DNA of 64,000 bases from Anthoceros angustus. Lineage: Eukaryota; Plantae; Anthocerotophyta. The number at the start of each line of letters is the position of its first letter. Within the stretch, counting starts at the first letter, position 1. Location: positions 735,370-799,369 of the forward strand of contig MU008175.1 of assembly GCA_010909165.1 (NCBI GenBank), read 5' to 3'. This document shows, in pieces, positions 35,137-47,547 of the stretch. The notes below the pieces were generated by a model, which was not told where the DNA came from, did not search any database, and was given only the letters and a program-made list of their open reading frames with translations. Made by a program: the position numbers and the translations under genes.

Positions 35137-37434
35137 AGACGACGCACCTGCCTCCAGCTCCCCCCCACCCTCGCCGCCATGCAAGCCCCTCGAGCACTAG
35201 AGCTTGGCCTCCCGAAGCAGCAATGGCGGCCCCCGTCTTCGGCCGGCAGAAGAAGGATCCTTTGAGTGGTGTGGGTGTCCTCCCTCCAGCCGCCACAGCT
35301 TCAGCATCGCCAGCATTGCCGGCTGGGCAACATGGCCTTCACCACTCCGCAGCGCAGGTACTGAACGAGGCGGAAGGACGCGCTGCTGAAGAGAGCAGCC
35401 AGCTGCGCGACTACCGGGGCGGGGCATCGTACTGTCTGCTTCCGTCTGCACCCGTCTGCACATCAGGCCCCCCTTGTAATTGTAATTTTATTGCGAGCGT
35501 GGATCGAACACGCGACCTCCGGACTTTGGTCTGGCGCTCTCCAACAACAACAACAAACTGACATTCCACCATGGGACTCGATACTCCCGGCAACTTGCTC
35601 AATGGACTAAACTAGGGTACTAGCACCACAAACTAGGGTACTAGCACCAGGAGCATTCTTACCATCCAGGTCCTGCTTGTAGTGTAAAGCGCTTAACTAC
35701 GACGTTCTTGAAGTATTTTTATCCATTTGGACTAAGCCATTTGCATACCTGGGCTATCCCCGCTCGCACCTGCTTTGTCAAGCAGTTCTATACGTTTTGA
35801 TTGAACCAGGCTTGCTCTCTCAAATTTCAACCCAATCGGACAATGCAGGGGACATGGATGCTGTGGAGTTGGGAAGCGCCCCTCCCGCGGGCAAATAATT
35901 CTTTCAGCACTAAATAAAGAAAGAGAGAGAGAGAGAGAAGGTGAGGAGGAGGCAGGGTGGCCAATGGGGTTAATACTGGAGTGAGATATCTTATCTCATG
36001 GCGCCTTGATCTTTCAACCTGCCTTGAAGTCCCGGTGCAGCTTCACATGCTCAGCCTTGAATGCCTCCCAGCTCCCTCCCACGGCCGCATTATTGACTCG
36101 TCACTCCCCAGCTAGCGGGGCGTGCACACATGAATGCGGGGAGCGAGTCGCGAACTCTTGTGCCGCCTGCAGCTGTATTGGACTGTCTACACTCTACACA
36201 GCGCGCATACCCACTTCTGGGTATATGTATGTACTGTACCGCGTCTGTACACGTACAGGACCATCCCAGCGCTGCGCTGTGCTGTTCCATCACCAGCTGC
36301 TCCTGCTGCTGCTGCTCGGTGACGGTCCACTCCGTGCAATCTCTTCCAAACCGTAAGGCCATCCCTGGATCCCTCATGCCAGTCGCGGGCAACTGGCAGT
36401 GGAAGTGGAACTTGATGCCCTGTGGCCGAGGCCGAGGCCTCCCTTTCACCGCTCCTTTTCAGTGCTCCTCACATCGTGCGCCCTGCTGCACGGGGATGTG
36501 CATTTGCAGACTGCAACAGCTTTTGCACCGCAGCCCAGGTGCTCAAGTACAGACAAATGTCGCATAAAATACACCACTGGCCTGCACTGCCTCCTGTAAA
36601 TCATAACTGCGGTACTGTGGCTTTCCCGGAAAACGCGATCCCATACCATACAAATTCGGAGATCGGCCGTGGGAGTGGCTAATTTTAGCGGTTCCGAAAA
36701 ACATAATTACATATTGGGGGAGGAGAGGAGAGAGTCCCACCCTCTGGAACGAGGACACCTACGGGGCCACCGTCAAACATCCGACACGACAACGTCCACT
36801 CCAGGGGAACAAGAAATCTGATCGGACAGCTTTCCACAACGGAGATTTTTGTGCACACAACACAATTTGTGCAGCAGGATTCCCGGGTCTTCGGTGTAAA
36901 GTATCCCCAAATCACTACAGTAACATTGAGCACAACGGCGGTCTGGATTGCAGTGATCACGAGTTATCACACATTTTGGATTGGCATCATACAGCTTGGC
37001 CATCAAACCATCAAACCTTGTTGCACTCTAACGCCCCGGGATTGCAAGTGGAAGCACATTTCAAAGGTATGTAGTGGAAGCAAATGTCAAAGCAAGCTAA
37101 CAGCACCAGCAGATTCTGTGAAACACAAACATAAACGCAGCACTCAGCAGCGGACGTCAACCCTGCGCTTCAAATGCCTGCCTGAATTTTGAAAACACTC
37201 CAAGGGGATCGCCACAATGGGAAACACATTGCCAAGGTTGGCACGTCTGTTTGGCCGATGCTAACGTCCCTCTTTCTTTCAATCATACCGGCACCCTTTA
37301 GTCACTAGCCCGAAAATATTTTTCTACCTACAAGGCATTCCACACTCAAACGTATGTCGATCCGTTGCTTACGGTTGAGACGAATCAACGAATCAAATGA
37401 CACATGATATTTTCGTAGATTCTTTTTGGATCTC

Positions 37435-38380
37435 AAGAAGAAAGAAGAATATATTTTAGTCCACTTGGACGGACTTTTCTTGTCATGGGGCTTGGTACTT
37501 AACAATTTGTACATAGTGTGCCTAAGCTACTTACAAGGGCATCCACTACCTTTAGGCACCTCATTTTAGTATCCCTCGAAGATCAGAAGAAGAAGAAGAA
37601 GAATTTTATTTAAGTCCACTAAGGGCGGATTTTCGTCATGGGACTTGGTACTTAACAACTTGTACCATGGTGTACCTAAGCTACTTGCACCAAGGGCATC
37701 CACTCCCTTCAAGCACCCCATCTAAGTACCGATCTAAGCTCAGGATGCTTGATCTACGCTCAGGTTGCTTAATCACGAAGTTCTTATAAATGTGTGTCAA
37801 TTTGGGTTAAGCCATTTGGACAATGCCTTGCTTATGTCCACTTGTTCCATTTTGGAGGCAGCATTCGATTAGTTTAAAGCCGCTATGTGTACTTTAATCT
37901 CACCACACACACACTCCAATAAACATCCAATTTAGCTATGTCAAACATATTTCGTCCTAATTCAACAACCAATTCTTCTTAAGGCACTTCAAATTTGAGT
38001 TTTTAGTTCTTAGTTCTTAGTGGACTTAAAAATAAATTTGTTTGTGTGTTTTGTCCAAATGGCTTAGGCCAAATGGACACACATTTATAAGAACATGGTG
38101 ATTAAGCATCTTGAGCTTCGATTGGTACTTGGATGGGGTGCCTAAAGGGAGTGGATGCCCTTGGTGCAAGTAGAAGAAGAAGAATTTTATGGAAGTCCAT
38201 TAAGGACGGATTTTCATCATGGGACTGAAATATGATAACTGTATAGATTGTGATAAAATAATCTGGACTAAGGTAAAATTTAAACAAGACAAGTAGCTTA
38301 GGGAAACCATGGTACAAGTTGTTAAGTACGAGGTCCCATGACGGAAATCCGTCTTAGTGGACTTAAATTCTTCTTCTTCT
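37435..38380. mobile_element. Foldback / composite TIR element
   Basis: Forward TIR-like copies lie at ~37435-37570 and ~37586-37739. An internal inverted pair lies at ~37780-37825 and ~38050-38095 (CTTATAAATGTGTGTC...AAGCCATTTGGACAA). Inverted copies lie at 38114-38173 and 38292-38380, plus a partial forward copy at 38173-38226. Confidence 0.8.
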
Positions 38381-38530
38381 TGTGTTTAGCTGCTAAAACT
38401 AGAAGTCGTAACGGGGCCCGTTAGGTGCGAGTGTCAGAGACCAACCACGTCCAACGGTCCCCGTTAGGGTTCCCTGGGGGCCGGGCCGCCAACAGCAACC
38501 AGCAGCAAGCAGCGGTGAGCGGCAGGGAGG

Positions 38531-39991
38531 ATGGACGCAGGCTCCGCTTCCCAGCAGGAGGGGCAGAGAGCATTGGAGGTGAGATGCTTGCTGGATAATG
38601 TGCAAGGCTTGGTGGATGCGCTTACCTCGGTCCGATGGAAGAAGCAGCAGGTTCCAATCATGATCCTTCACTAATTGAGTTGAGCAGTCTGGAACATGCC
38701 GTGACACCGATGTTCACGTTTTGCTGGTGCAGGATGCGATCTGCGAGCTCTCGGAGCATGGTTTTGTCTTCACTTTGGAGGAATGGGGCTGCTTCCAGGC
38801 GCGTGTCTACTTCAGGAAAGAGGTGCTGCTGACTCAGACAGATACGGCATGATTCTCGTGTACCGGACCAGAGCCGGAGGGCAGTCTGACGATGAGGTTC
38901 TTCTGTACGCGGCAGCTGTTTCGCAGGTATGACTACACTGCGGAAGTTAGACCTCGGTTTGCTGTTGGCCTGGGCTTGCTTGTGGACTGCTTGAGTACTT
39001 TCACCTCTTCGAGTGGGGCGACAGCTTTGGAGATACAGTACCCGGGCTTGGACATGCAGTTGCTCCTCAAGTTCGTTGTCATTGCGGCCCTTTTCATGAT
39101 TCTGTGCTAGCTCTCTCAGTTACCTTGCTTTTTCCCGCGAATGGCATCAGTCTCACCTTGATCTGTGCTTTGTTTCGGTAAGGTTGACTGATGTGAACAA
39201 GACTTGCATCTATGCCGAGGTTCGCACCAAGATTCCAGACAACATCCCGAGGGATTACAGTCTGGACGATGACCTTGGCACGCCGGCATGTTTCGCCGTG
39301 AAGGTGCAGCTTCCGGATTTGTCCTGATGCTTTTGCTTTGAGCTTGTGGAGAAGCAGCAACCACCGAGACATCTCCGTTTCCAGTCTGCAGCCTTAAAAG
39401 AGGCCATCGATGATCTGGAGTGGCCAGGGTCAAGTATAGAGCTTACAATCTCCCCGCACCCACCAGGAGTGACGTTTAGAGGTGAAGGTCATGGAGACTT
39501 GCAGGTATTCCTCTTGCTTCCGCATCATCATCAAGAGGTGACGAGCTATCAGTTTTAGGCTTGTGAGGGCCTCCATGACCGCTTGCTGCAGATCAACCTC
39601 CCATACGACGGACAGACGGACTTATTTATAGCGTTTCAGTGTGACCAGCAACTGACATTCAGGTCTGCATCCGTTGTCCTCTCCGTTCTTATCTCTTTCA
39701 TCTGTGGAAGTTTCTTACGAAACGGGGGTGGCTCCTGTCGTAACCAGGTACAAGTACAAGTTTCTTCGAGCAACCTCGTCGAATATCCCGAGCAATATCC
39801 TGAAAGACAACAGGGGCAGCAAGCTGACTATCGGCAACAATGGGTTATTGAAAGTCCAGCACCTTATATCCGTCCGACCTACTGCCGCCCAACAACAACA
39901 TGGGGATCCGAGCCAACCGCAAGGTGGTCGCGTGTCTTACATAGAATTCTATGTCCTGCCAGAGGAGGATATGGATACTGGTGATGCGTGA
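38531..39991 (+). CDS. RAD1: RAD1, component of the 9-1-1 checkpoint clamp (multi-exon)
   Basis: Exons give MDAGS...CLLDNVQGLVDALTSVRWKKQQ|DAICELSEHG, RPRFAVGLGLLVDCLSTF, YPGLDMQLLL, SAALKEAIDDLEWPGSS, FRGEGHGDLQ, YKYKFLRATSSNIP, RGSKLTIG..GLLKVQHL and RVSYIEFYVLPEE. The stop is at 39989-39991. Confidence 0.93.
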
Positions 39992-40637
39992 GTGAGGCTG
40001 AATCACTAGACCTCGTATGGTTACGTGTTCTCAGTCTCTAGTGAGGATGGTGAAATCACGGGAGTTAGCGATTTCACTCTACTTACCTAGCCACAATTTC
40101 ACTCTACCTACCGAGCCACAATTTCACTCGTACCTACCTAGCCACAATTTCAGACTGTCAGGCGTGCAAAAGTCTGAATTTTTTCATCCGGCCTCCTCCG
40201 GTGTTACGATCCCACTGCCCTCTGTCTGGCTGCGAAGGAAGCTTTGGATTTGAACACGTGCTTCCGCTCTGTTCATCAGACGTTTGAAGACTGCACTTCT
40301 AAAGTCTGTGCCAGGAGGGACAGAAATAATTAAACCGGGCGGAGTCGCACCTTCCCTCGAGGCTGCCTTGCTGCACCAATCTGCAAACAGAGGACGGACA
40401 AGTGTTAGAGAGAGGAGCCGCAGACAGCGGGCAGTTTTCAGCAGTCCTTTCGGCCTTGCGTTCCGTCCGGGCAATCTTGCCTGGTTCTCGATAGAGCCTT
40501 GCCTTGATGTGTCCTCCTCTTTCGGCTCGGACGTCCGACTCTCGTCTTGCCCAGCTTGCGCCATGAGGAATTACTTCGGCCCGTCTCATCGTTTTTTCTC
40601 CTGGAGTTCGTGAGTGTGGTGTGAAGGAGGCTCAACA

Positions 40638-42679
40638 ATGAAGGGAGGGGGCAACGATGCGATTGAGGCGGGTTATGAACATGCGGATGGCAGAGTGTCA
40701 CCCAACGGACAATGCTGTGGCCATGGGCGCATCTGCAATGAACAGGTGCTGAGGAGGGAGAGTATTGCAGGAGTGGCCCCTGGGCCTGACTCACAGCGCT
40801 GTGGAAAGGTGAATCGCGATTGAATTCGGTGCAGTTCTTTGTCTCCCGCACTGGAATTCCAGAGGTCAAACTGATGGGAGCTGTAGGAGGTAACCATGGA
40901 ATGCAGGCTGAATTTAGGTTGGCCTGGGGTTCTGCTGGAAGACGGCACAAGCATGACATTGTCTCGTTTGAGAGGGGCAACATAACCACGGCTGCCCGCA
41001 GCAGCAAGCAGGTGCCCAGCCTTCTTGTTACTAGTGGGTTTTGACTTCTGTCTGCAATCTTTTGGTATGTGCAAACTGACCTGGTGGCGGGCGGTGGACA
41101 TGGCTCCAGATCACGCTTGTTTGGGTCTCACCACCACAGTCTGTCTTCATCCTCTGCAAGCCCGACTCTTCGTCAGTTCAGGCTATGTGCAGAGAGATGA
41201 CCAGGTTTGCAACTAAAAATTACCAGGATTGTCATGAACCTTTTGTTGATTATAGGCGTGAGGCCGTGATGAAAAAGTATGTTGTGTGGCACGTTGAGGG
41301 GGAAGATTCTAATTCTCTTATGCTCAGATGGCTGCATGAGGAGAAGAAAGTGGCAGTGTTTGTGGAGCCCAGGGTACGGAAGGAACTTGTGGCAGAAAGT
41401 ACATTTTATTCTTTTCTGCAGACATGGGAGAGAGGTATTTGCATTTGCGGTTTCCTTTCCAAAGCATGTTTGAAAGCTGCAAGAGCTCCCCGGGTCTCTC
41501 TTAGCTGGTTTCAGCTGTCAGCTATGTTGGCCTGCAGATGAAGAGATTCTGCAACTCCATACCAAAGTTGATATCGTCATCACACTTGGAGGAGATGGGA
41601 CTATGCTTTACGTAAGTACTCATTACTGTCTCATACGTTTGATTAAACTATGATTTACGGAAGTTCCCAACATTGCTTCATAAGTGTAGTGTCCCGTGCT
41701 ACGAGACAATGAGACGTTGTCAACTAGCTTTCTAAATCCCTGCCTTGTGTTCAGGCAGCAACAATGTTCAAAGGACCCGTTCCACTCGTTGTGGCATTTG
41801 CCATGGGCTCCCTTGGCTTTATGACTCCGTTCAGTATCCATGTGCACCGTTTTTCAGAAGTTTGTTGGAAAATTGTTGCAGTTCAACCTCGTTTTCGGTC
41901 TTTGCTGCTTGCTTACCTTGACAAGTAAGCTCTGTGCAGAGAGTGAAATGTACAAAGACTATTTGGAAACCATCATCAAAGGTCCTGTGGACATCACCCT
42001 GCGTCAGCGTTTGCACTGTGAGATTGTGAGGAATTGCGACAGTCAGGAAACCAGTCCAGAGGGGCAGGCTACAGAAGCCCATCTGGTCCTGAATGAAGTT
42101 GCTATCGACCGTGGCATGTCATCGTTTCTGACGAACTTAGAAGTTTACTGTGACAACTTGTTTGTAACACATGTTCAAGGGGACGGTCTAATTTTGTCAA
42201 CTCCCTCTGGTAGTACAGCCTACTCCTTGGCTGCAGGCGGTTCCATGGTCCATCCACAGGTAATGCACGGCAACATGTGGGAAAGTATGAATTCATTCAG
42301 CAGCTTACAGATGCTTGGTGGATGGACTCTAACCTAGTTGAGCTTCTTGGTACAGGTCCCTGCGATTCTTTTTACACCAATCTGTCCACACTCGTTGTCT
42401 TTCAGACCATTGATATTGCCAGAGTATGTGACTATCCGAGTGCAAGTGCCGCCCTCAAATAGAGGACAGGCGTGGGTCTCTTTTGACGGCAAAGATCGAC
42501 AGAGACTAGGTGCAGGTGATTCACTGGTTGTGCACATGTCTGCATGGCCTGTGCCTGCAGCATGTGACAAAGAATCCACAAGCGACTTTTTGCGCAGTGT
42601 CAGGGACGGTTTGCATTGGAATTTGCGGAAGAGCCAGTCATTCGATGGACCCCATGACCTAGCGCAAACCGATGATTGA
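40638..42679 (+). CDS. NADK1: NAD(H) kinase, NADK1-like (multi-exon; 5' end uncertain)
   Basis: [84 protein letters not shown]|[22 protein letters not shown] and [18 protein letters not shown]. Confidence 0.92.
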
Positions 42680-42962
42680 TTTGCCTCTCAACCCAAACCG
42701 GGGATTGATCGGGGAAAAGGGTAAAGGCCTTTCAGATTGCCTCTGTAAATACCAGATACTGTATGCACTACGAACGGGTTAAAGTACATGTGAATAGGAA
42801 GATTCCACAGGAGCCGAGGTCACATTCAGCCGAACTTAGCTCGGTGTGTGTGGAGCTCGTAATTGTGCCCCGTGGACTTCAAAGAATGTCATGGAGGATA
42901 ACCTCCAGTGTATGTACAAATCTGACAATTCCCACCGAGCCTAACTAATTCAATGTTTCACA

Positions 42963-44268
42963 TCAGTCATCTCTTCCCGTAACCTCGACAGGAATCGTCT
43001 CTTCCAGCATTGTGCTTCCTTCATCCCTGTCAGACCAATCAAGAGCAATCTCTACGTTTACGGGAGCATGAAGATCCACACTTTGCGGGGATTCTGGATC
43101 CTTGGCAGAGCCACGGCGTGCCTGTTGCCCAAAAGTTTCTGACTTAGGTTTCTTCTTAGATTTGGCTTCCCGCCGCGACCTGCTCTTGTCTCCATCATGA
43201 CCTGCGGCGAATGACCTATGCTTGACCCCTGATTTGGCCCCATTGGCCATCTCATAATTTCCCCCATCAACGCCAGCACCGAAATGCAAGTCAGGCTCCC
43301 GACCACCGAAGTCCTGATAAGGAACATCAGACATGGGTCTCGGAGCTGGCCTACCACCAAGATCCAGAGGAGGATACTTGAACTCGGGTCCGAAGTTGAA
43401 CCTTACTTGGCACCTATCCTGCTCAGGGAGAGTGTACATGGACGCTGCTGGGTAATACCTGCCGGCAAATACGTCTGTAAATGCAACCCCTTGGGACACG
43501 CCATTCCTGAAAAAAATAATCTCGCTACCTGCAACAACAAAACCCCAGCTGCCAATGTCAAGAAACCACAAAACTTCCAGACATGCTACCATCCAACCCA
43601 AACTGCAGGCTGGCAGTCCACAAACCTGGCACTGGCTTCGCCTCCTCTTCCTTCTGCTGAGCAAGATAAGGCATCCCTTTATAGTTGTAAATCTGAGGAG
43701 TCTGAGGCGCGAGCGCAGCCCCATCAGGCAAATTGATGTAAAACCCTATCACATCCCCTTCCTTGTACTCCTCCCCGTAGGCCTCTCTCCGCGCAGCATT
43801 AATCTTGTGGCCCTCCAAATCCCTGTAAGCATAGCTCTGCGAATCATACCCCACGGGCGCCTGCACGTCCGCCTTGTGCGTCGTCCAGCCCAGCCGCGTG
43901 TGCCCAGTGTTCCCAAGATACACCACAGTCACCTCAAAATACCAAGCTCCATCATCCACCCCCCGCGTCGCCCGCACCATGCGGTAACCCTTGTTGCTGT
44001 GCGCAGAAAGCCGAGCCTCATCCAGCACCACCTTCTCAGCCTTGTGCGTAATCGACAGCAAGATGGGCCGCGCAGGCAAGTCCTCCTCCTTGTCCGGCTT
44101 CTTGCACGCCGTCAGCACAACATTTTCCTCGTGATCGTAGCCCCCGGCAGCCCCCTTGCCCCCATTCTTCTTCCCCCTCTTGCTGGCCGACTTCTTGTAC
44201 CCGTTCGAGCATTTCCTCTTGTTGCTCCCCTCGCCTTCCCCACCCCCCATGCTCTTCCTGTCCCCCAC
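42963..44268 (-). CDS. TRO: TRAUCO / ASH2-like SPRY-domain COMPASS subunit (one intron at ~43530-43625)
   Basis: [47 protein letters not shown]-like [53 protein letters not shown] and VRFNFGP. Confidence 0.9.
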
Positions 44269-44486
44269 TCCAGCGTAACAGAGACTCCTCCCAGCTTGCC
44301 CTGCAGCCCTACAAGAGCAGCCGCTATGGCAGCCCCAGCAGCAGGCCCGCTGAAGCCAAGTCCGGCCGACAGCGCTAGGTCTAATAGGGCGAAACGTATT
44401 GCCGGTCCTGGCTCACATGCTAACTCGACGACACAGTCTAGTAACCTTAGCGCGCTAGGTGTTACAGGTGCTAAATCGAAGTACAT

Positions 44487-44527
44487 ACATACATATATAC
44501 ATACATCCATACATACATACATACATT
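44487..44527 (+). repeat. (CATA)n microsatellite
   Basis: TACATACATACATATATACATACATCCATACATACATACATACA is directly visible. Confidence 0.85.
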
Positions 44528-46130
44528 CAATATATTTGCAATATACACAAGTGGCAGCGAGCACTAATAAGGGGTTAACAGAAGTTAACAGAACAGACAG
44601 AAAGCAGGACAGCACGTTTGGCTGACTTTAATAAGATTTAATTAAGGGGGCCGCAATAGGCGGTTGGCAGGTGGAGGCCTGGACGTCCCCGGACCTAGAA
44701 TTCTGTTGCAAACCGAAGGCATCTAGATCTATGGCGGTTTTTCTTCCCTGCTTCTTCTCCTTCTTCGCCTTCTACTCTTCCTGGAGACTGCAGCCCAAGG
44801 CGCATTGGCTGAGCGGAGGACAAGCCGCTGCAGTCTGAGCCTCCACGCAGCGCCGGGCGCCACCGCAATTTCAGCTGGCGCCGCTCTTTGTCTATTATTA
44901 TGGCCTCCGATTTTGAGCAATGGCGAGCGGCAGGAGCTTGCTGCCGGGAGTGGGTGCGGGAGCAGGTTTTGTCTTCTCCCCGCTCCTTTTCTGCTACGCA
45001 AAGCTGTGCCAGCTTCCCTTGCTCCACCTTGCTTCGCTTGAGGATGCAATTGCCGCAGCCGCTGGCGGGCCTGCTTGGTCGTGAGCTTAGCTATCTAGGA
45101 AGCTAAGCTTGCAAGTGCTTCCTTGCGGGGCGTGTCTGCGCTTGCCAGTGCTTGTGGCTGGGTCGTAGCTTTGTTTGCTTGCTAAAAGCGTGTTTGAGGA
45201 CTGTGTGCGCGTCGGCCGGCCGACATGTGCCTAAACTCGGTGAGATTCAATTTCGCGACGGTTGGTTGCCCCTGCTGTCCGACATGGGTCTGCGTTTGAG
45301 TTTCTGGCTCTGGTTTTGCGCTGTTCTGTGCAAATTGGTGCGGTGTCTGCGTCCTAGGCCACGCCGGGCCCCGGACATGCAGTAGAGTAGCTTCTGTTGT
45401 GTCAAGCTTGGCTCCGTGAGCAGAGTAGGAGGTTCGGGAAGCATTTCGTCTCGAGTGACTGCGATTTGCGTTTCTCACCGTAGAACCGTGTGTGTGTGTG
45501 GCAGGGGCAATCGGTCGCAGGTTGCATACTAAAACTCGGAGCTCTGTGAGGCCCTCAGTAGCCTCTCGAAACTCTCCTGGCTGGACAGCTCGAGGCCAAG
45601 TCGGTTTCAGAGAAATTCTGGAGCTTCATCATTTCAGTCCAAAGTTCTTCGCACATCCTGATACCCTTCCCCATGGGCCTACCATGAGTGGGAATCTGGG
45701 GATCAAGTTGTTGCGTTCTGGCCACAACAACTGGGTCAAGGTTGTCGTGGGAGTTAGATATTTTGAGCAGTTGTGACAAACTTCCCAAGTTTATCTATCT
45801 AGGTAGAGTAATGCGTTCGGTGAGATATTTTGGGAGAGGGATAAATGTCTTGTTATAAAAACCTCACACAAGGGAGGCCGGCGCGCCTAAGGAGTGGGAC
45901 CATTCCGAAGAACACGCATCTACCCATCCCGGTCCTGATTGGACGCAAGCTGTTTGACTGCCGAGTTCTTTTATCGCGGCTGTTCTTATCTCAGCACATA
46001 TCACATGCCTGGATGTTTTGTTGCAAGTCGCCATAGACTAATTGCCAAGTTATCTGATTTCCACTTGTTGCTGGTTACAGGTACGTGAAGACCACGAAAT
46101 TGCTAGCATTTCTAACTGTTGGGGCCTCCT

Positions 46131-47033
46131 CTAAGACCTGATAGGGCTTGGGACAGGCACAGCAGGTTCTTTGATCCGCCTCACCACATTGATGTTGCCC
46201 ATGCTTCCTCTAGTGATTCGCAGCTCCTCATCGAGGAAGAGGTAGTCGATGGAGGCGTTAATGCCAGGGAGCTGCGATATGATCACCCCCTGCTCATCCA
46301 TGTCGGGGTGGTCTTTCTCGAACACTTGCCTCCACAGGGCGAGGTCGGCGTCAGGGTAGCGGGGAGCAATGGCAACGGTGAGGAATGCCAAGCCCATCTT
46401 CACAGAACTAGCTAAAGTGTACTCGCCCTTGACGATGAGAAGCCCATCTACAGGCCTCTCCAGGTCCTTGCCCACCTGGATTTCGGTGACGAGCTCATAC
46501 TCGGCCCCATTCAACCCCACATGGTTGTAGGCAGTGCCTGTGGTGACCTCCAGATCCGCGGGCTTGAAGCTGTTGAAACTCAACCTTCCCAGGGTGAGAG
46601 ATGCGCCTTGCAGCCCCATCTTCTTCTGTGCTTCCCCCTTCTTCCCTGTGCCCTTGAAGGACACCTTCACCGCCTCGAAGCAGCCCTTGTAGAGGTCGGG
46701 GCGTGCGGTGTAGTCGGGGTTAGGGTTGAGCTTTTCCAGCTCGCCCACCGTCTCGGTAGCCTCATCGCTCATGTAGCCTTCCGCAGTTTCCAGCTGCAGA
46801 ACGAGCGCTTCCTTGAGCTGCGTCACCGCTGTTTGCACCTGTTGCGAGGAAGCCGCAATCCGATGCCTGCGCAGAGCAGAAACATGCCCAACAGAGGAGG
46901 AGGCATCCAGGACGATCGTGAAACCGGGGAGCCTGGTGGCCCTGGCTTGGAAGACATGCTGCTTTGGGCACGCGGCTACGCATCCAACAGCTGGAGCGGA
47001 AGCAGACAGCACAGGGATTCGTGCTGCTGCCAT
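46131..47033 (-). CDS. Plastid-targeted PAP/fibrillin-family protein resembling the cyanobacterial subfamily, intronless
   Basis: ATG at 47033 gives a 300-aa protein. A transit-peptide-like N-terminus is followed by LKEAL, ELEKLNP, LTLGRLSFNSFKPADL, LALWRQVF and IDYLFLDEELRITRGSMG. The last motif matches the fibrillin C-terminal YLDEELRITRG. Confidence 0.7.
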   Translation of the reverse strand: MAAARIPVLSASAPAVGCVAACPKQHVFQARATRLPGFTIVLDASSSVGHVSALRRHRIAASSQQVQTAVTQLKEALVLQLETAEGYMSDEATETVGELEKLNPNPDYTARPDLYKGCFEAVKVSFKGTGKKGEAQKKMGLQGASLTLGRLSFNSFKPADLEVTTGTAYNHVGLNGAEYELVTEIQVGKDLERPVDGLLIVKGEYTLASSVKMGLAFLTVAIAPRYPDADLALWRQVFEKDHPDMDEQGVIISQLPGINASIDYLFLDEELRITRGSMGNINVVRRIKEPAVPVPSPIRS

Positions 47034-47547
47034 GATGCGACGACTCGCAACAACGGGGACGTGGTTTTGATAGGTTTTGCTGCCTAGCAGTCCAACGCCA
47101 GAGCGTTTCTCACATTGCATAACCCAGTTAAGGCTCAGCCCCTACAAAACTGTTCTCAAAACTTTGAGCGTCGTTTAAAAAAATCGCTTTCCAACATCAT
47201 CAGTGGATGCATGCACTGATGCAGGTGTCACTAAACTAAGCCGACTAAACCTGAAGACAAGTCTGCACAAAATCATGTTCCCCCTCTAGCTTATCGACAC
47301 AAACACCAAACTGTAAACCATCGCGAAACACCCATGTAAGCGCTAGCTAGAGCTAACCCACCGTACTACCTAAAGATCTGGAAAGTAAGTTAAAGAGCAC
47401 TTCTGAAAGTAAGTTAAAGAGCACTTCTGTACCACTGCAGCAAGATCAGTAGAAGCACAAATTTGTTTGATAAAACAAGTGCTGCAAATCTACAAGTGAG
47501 GTCGTATTAGTACTAGCAGCTTCCTATCCAACAAATGGTGTCAGCTG

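Noticed and set aside
33623-35296. 557-, 409-, 359- and 350-aa ORFs overlapping the LRR-RLK
   Set aside because: They are GC-rich shadow frames with Arg/Ala/Gly/Pro-biased composition. Only one frame has LRR and kinase motifs.
36773-37006. 77-aa Cys-rich ORF (RRCAQCYCS) resembling a MYND finger or defensin
   Set aside because: It has no signal peptide, the Cys spacing does not complete a known fold, and nothing supports a gene structure.
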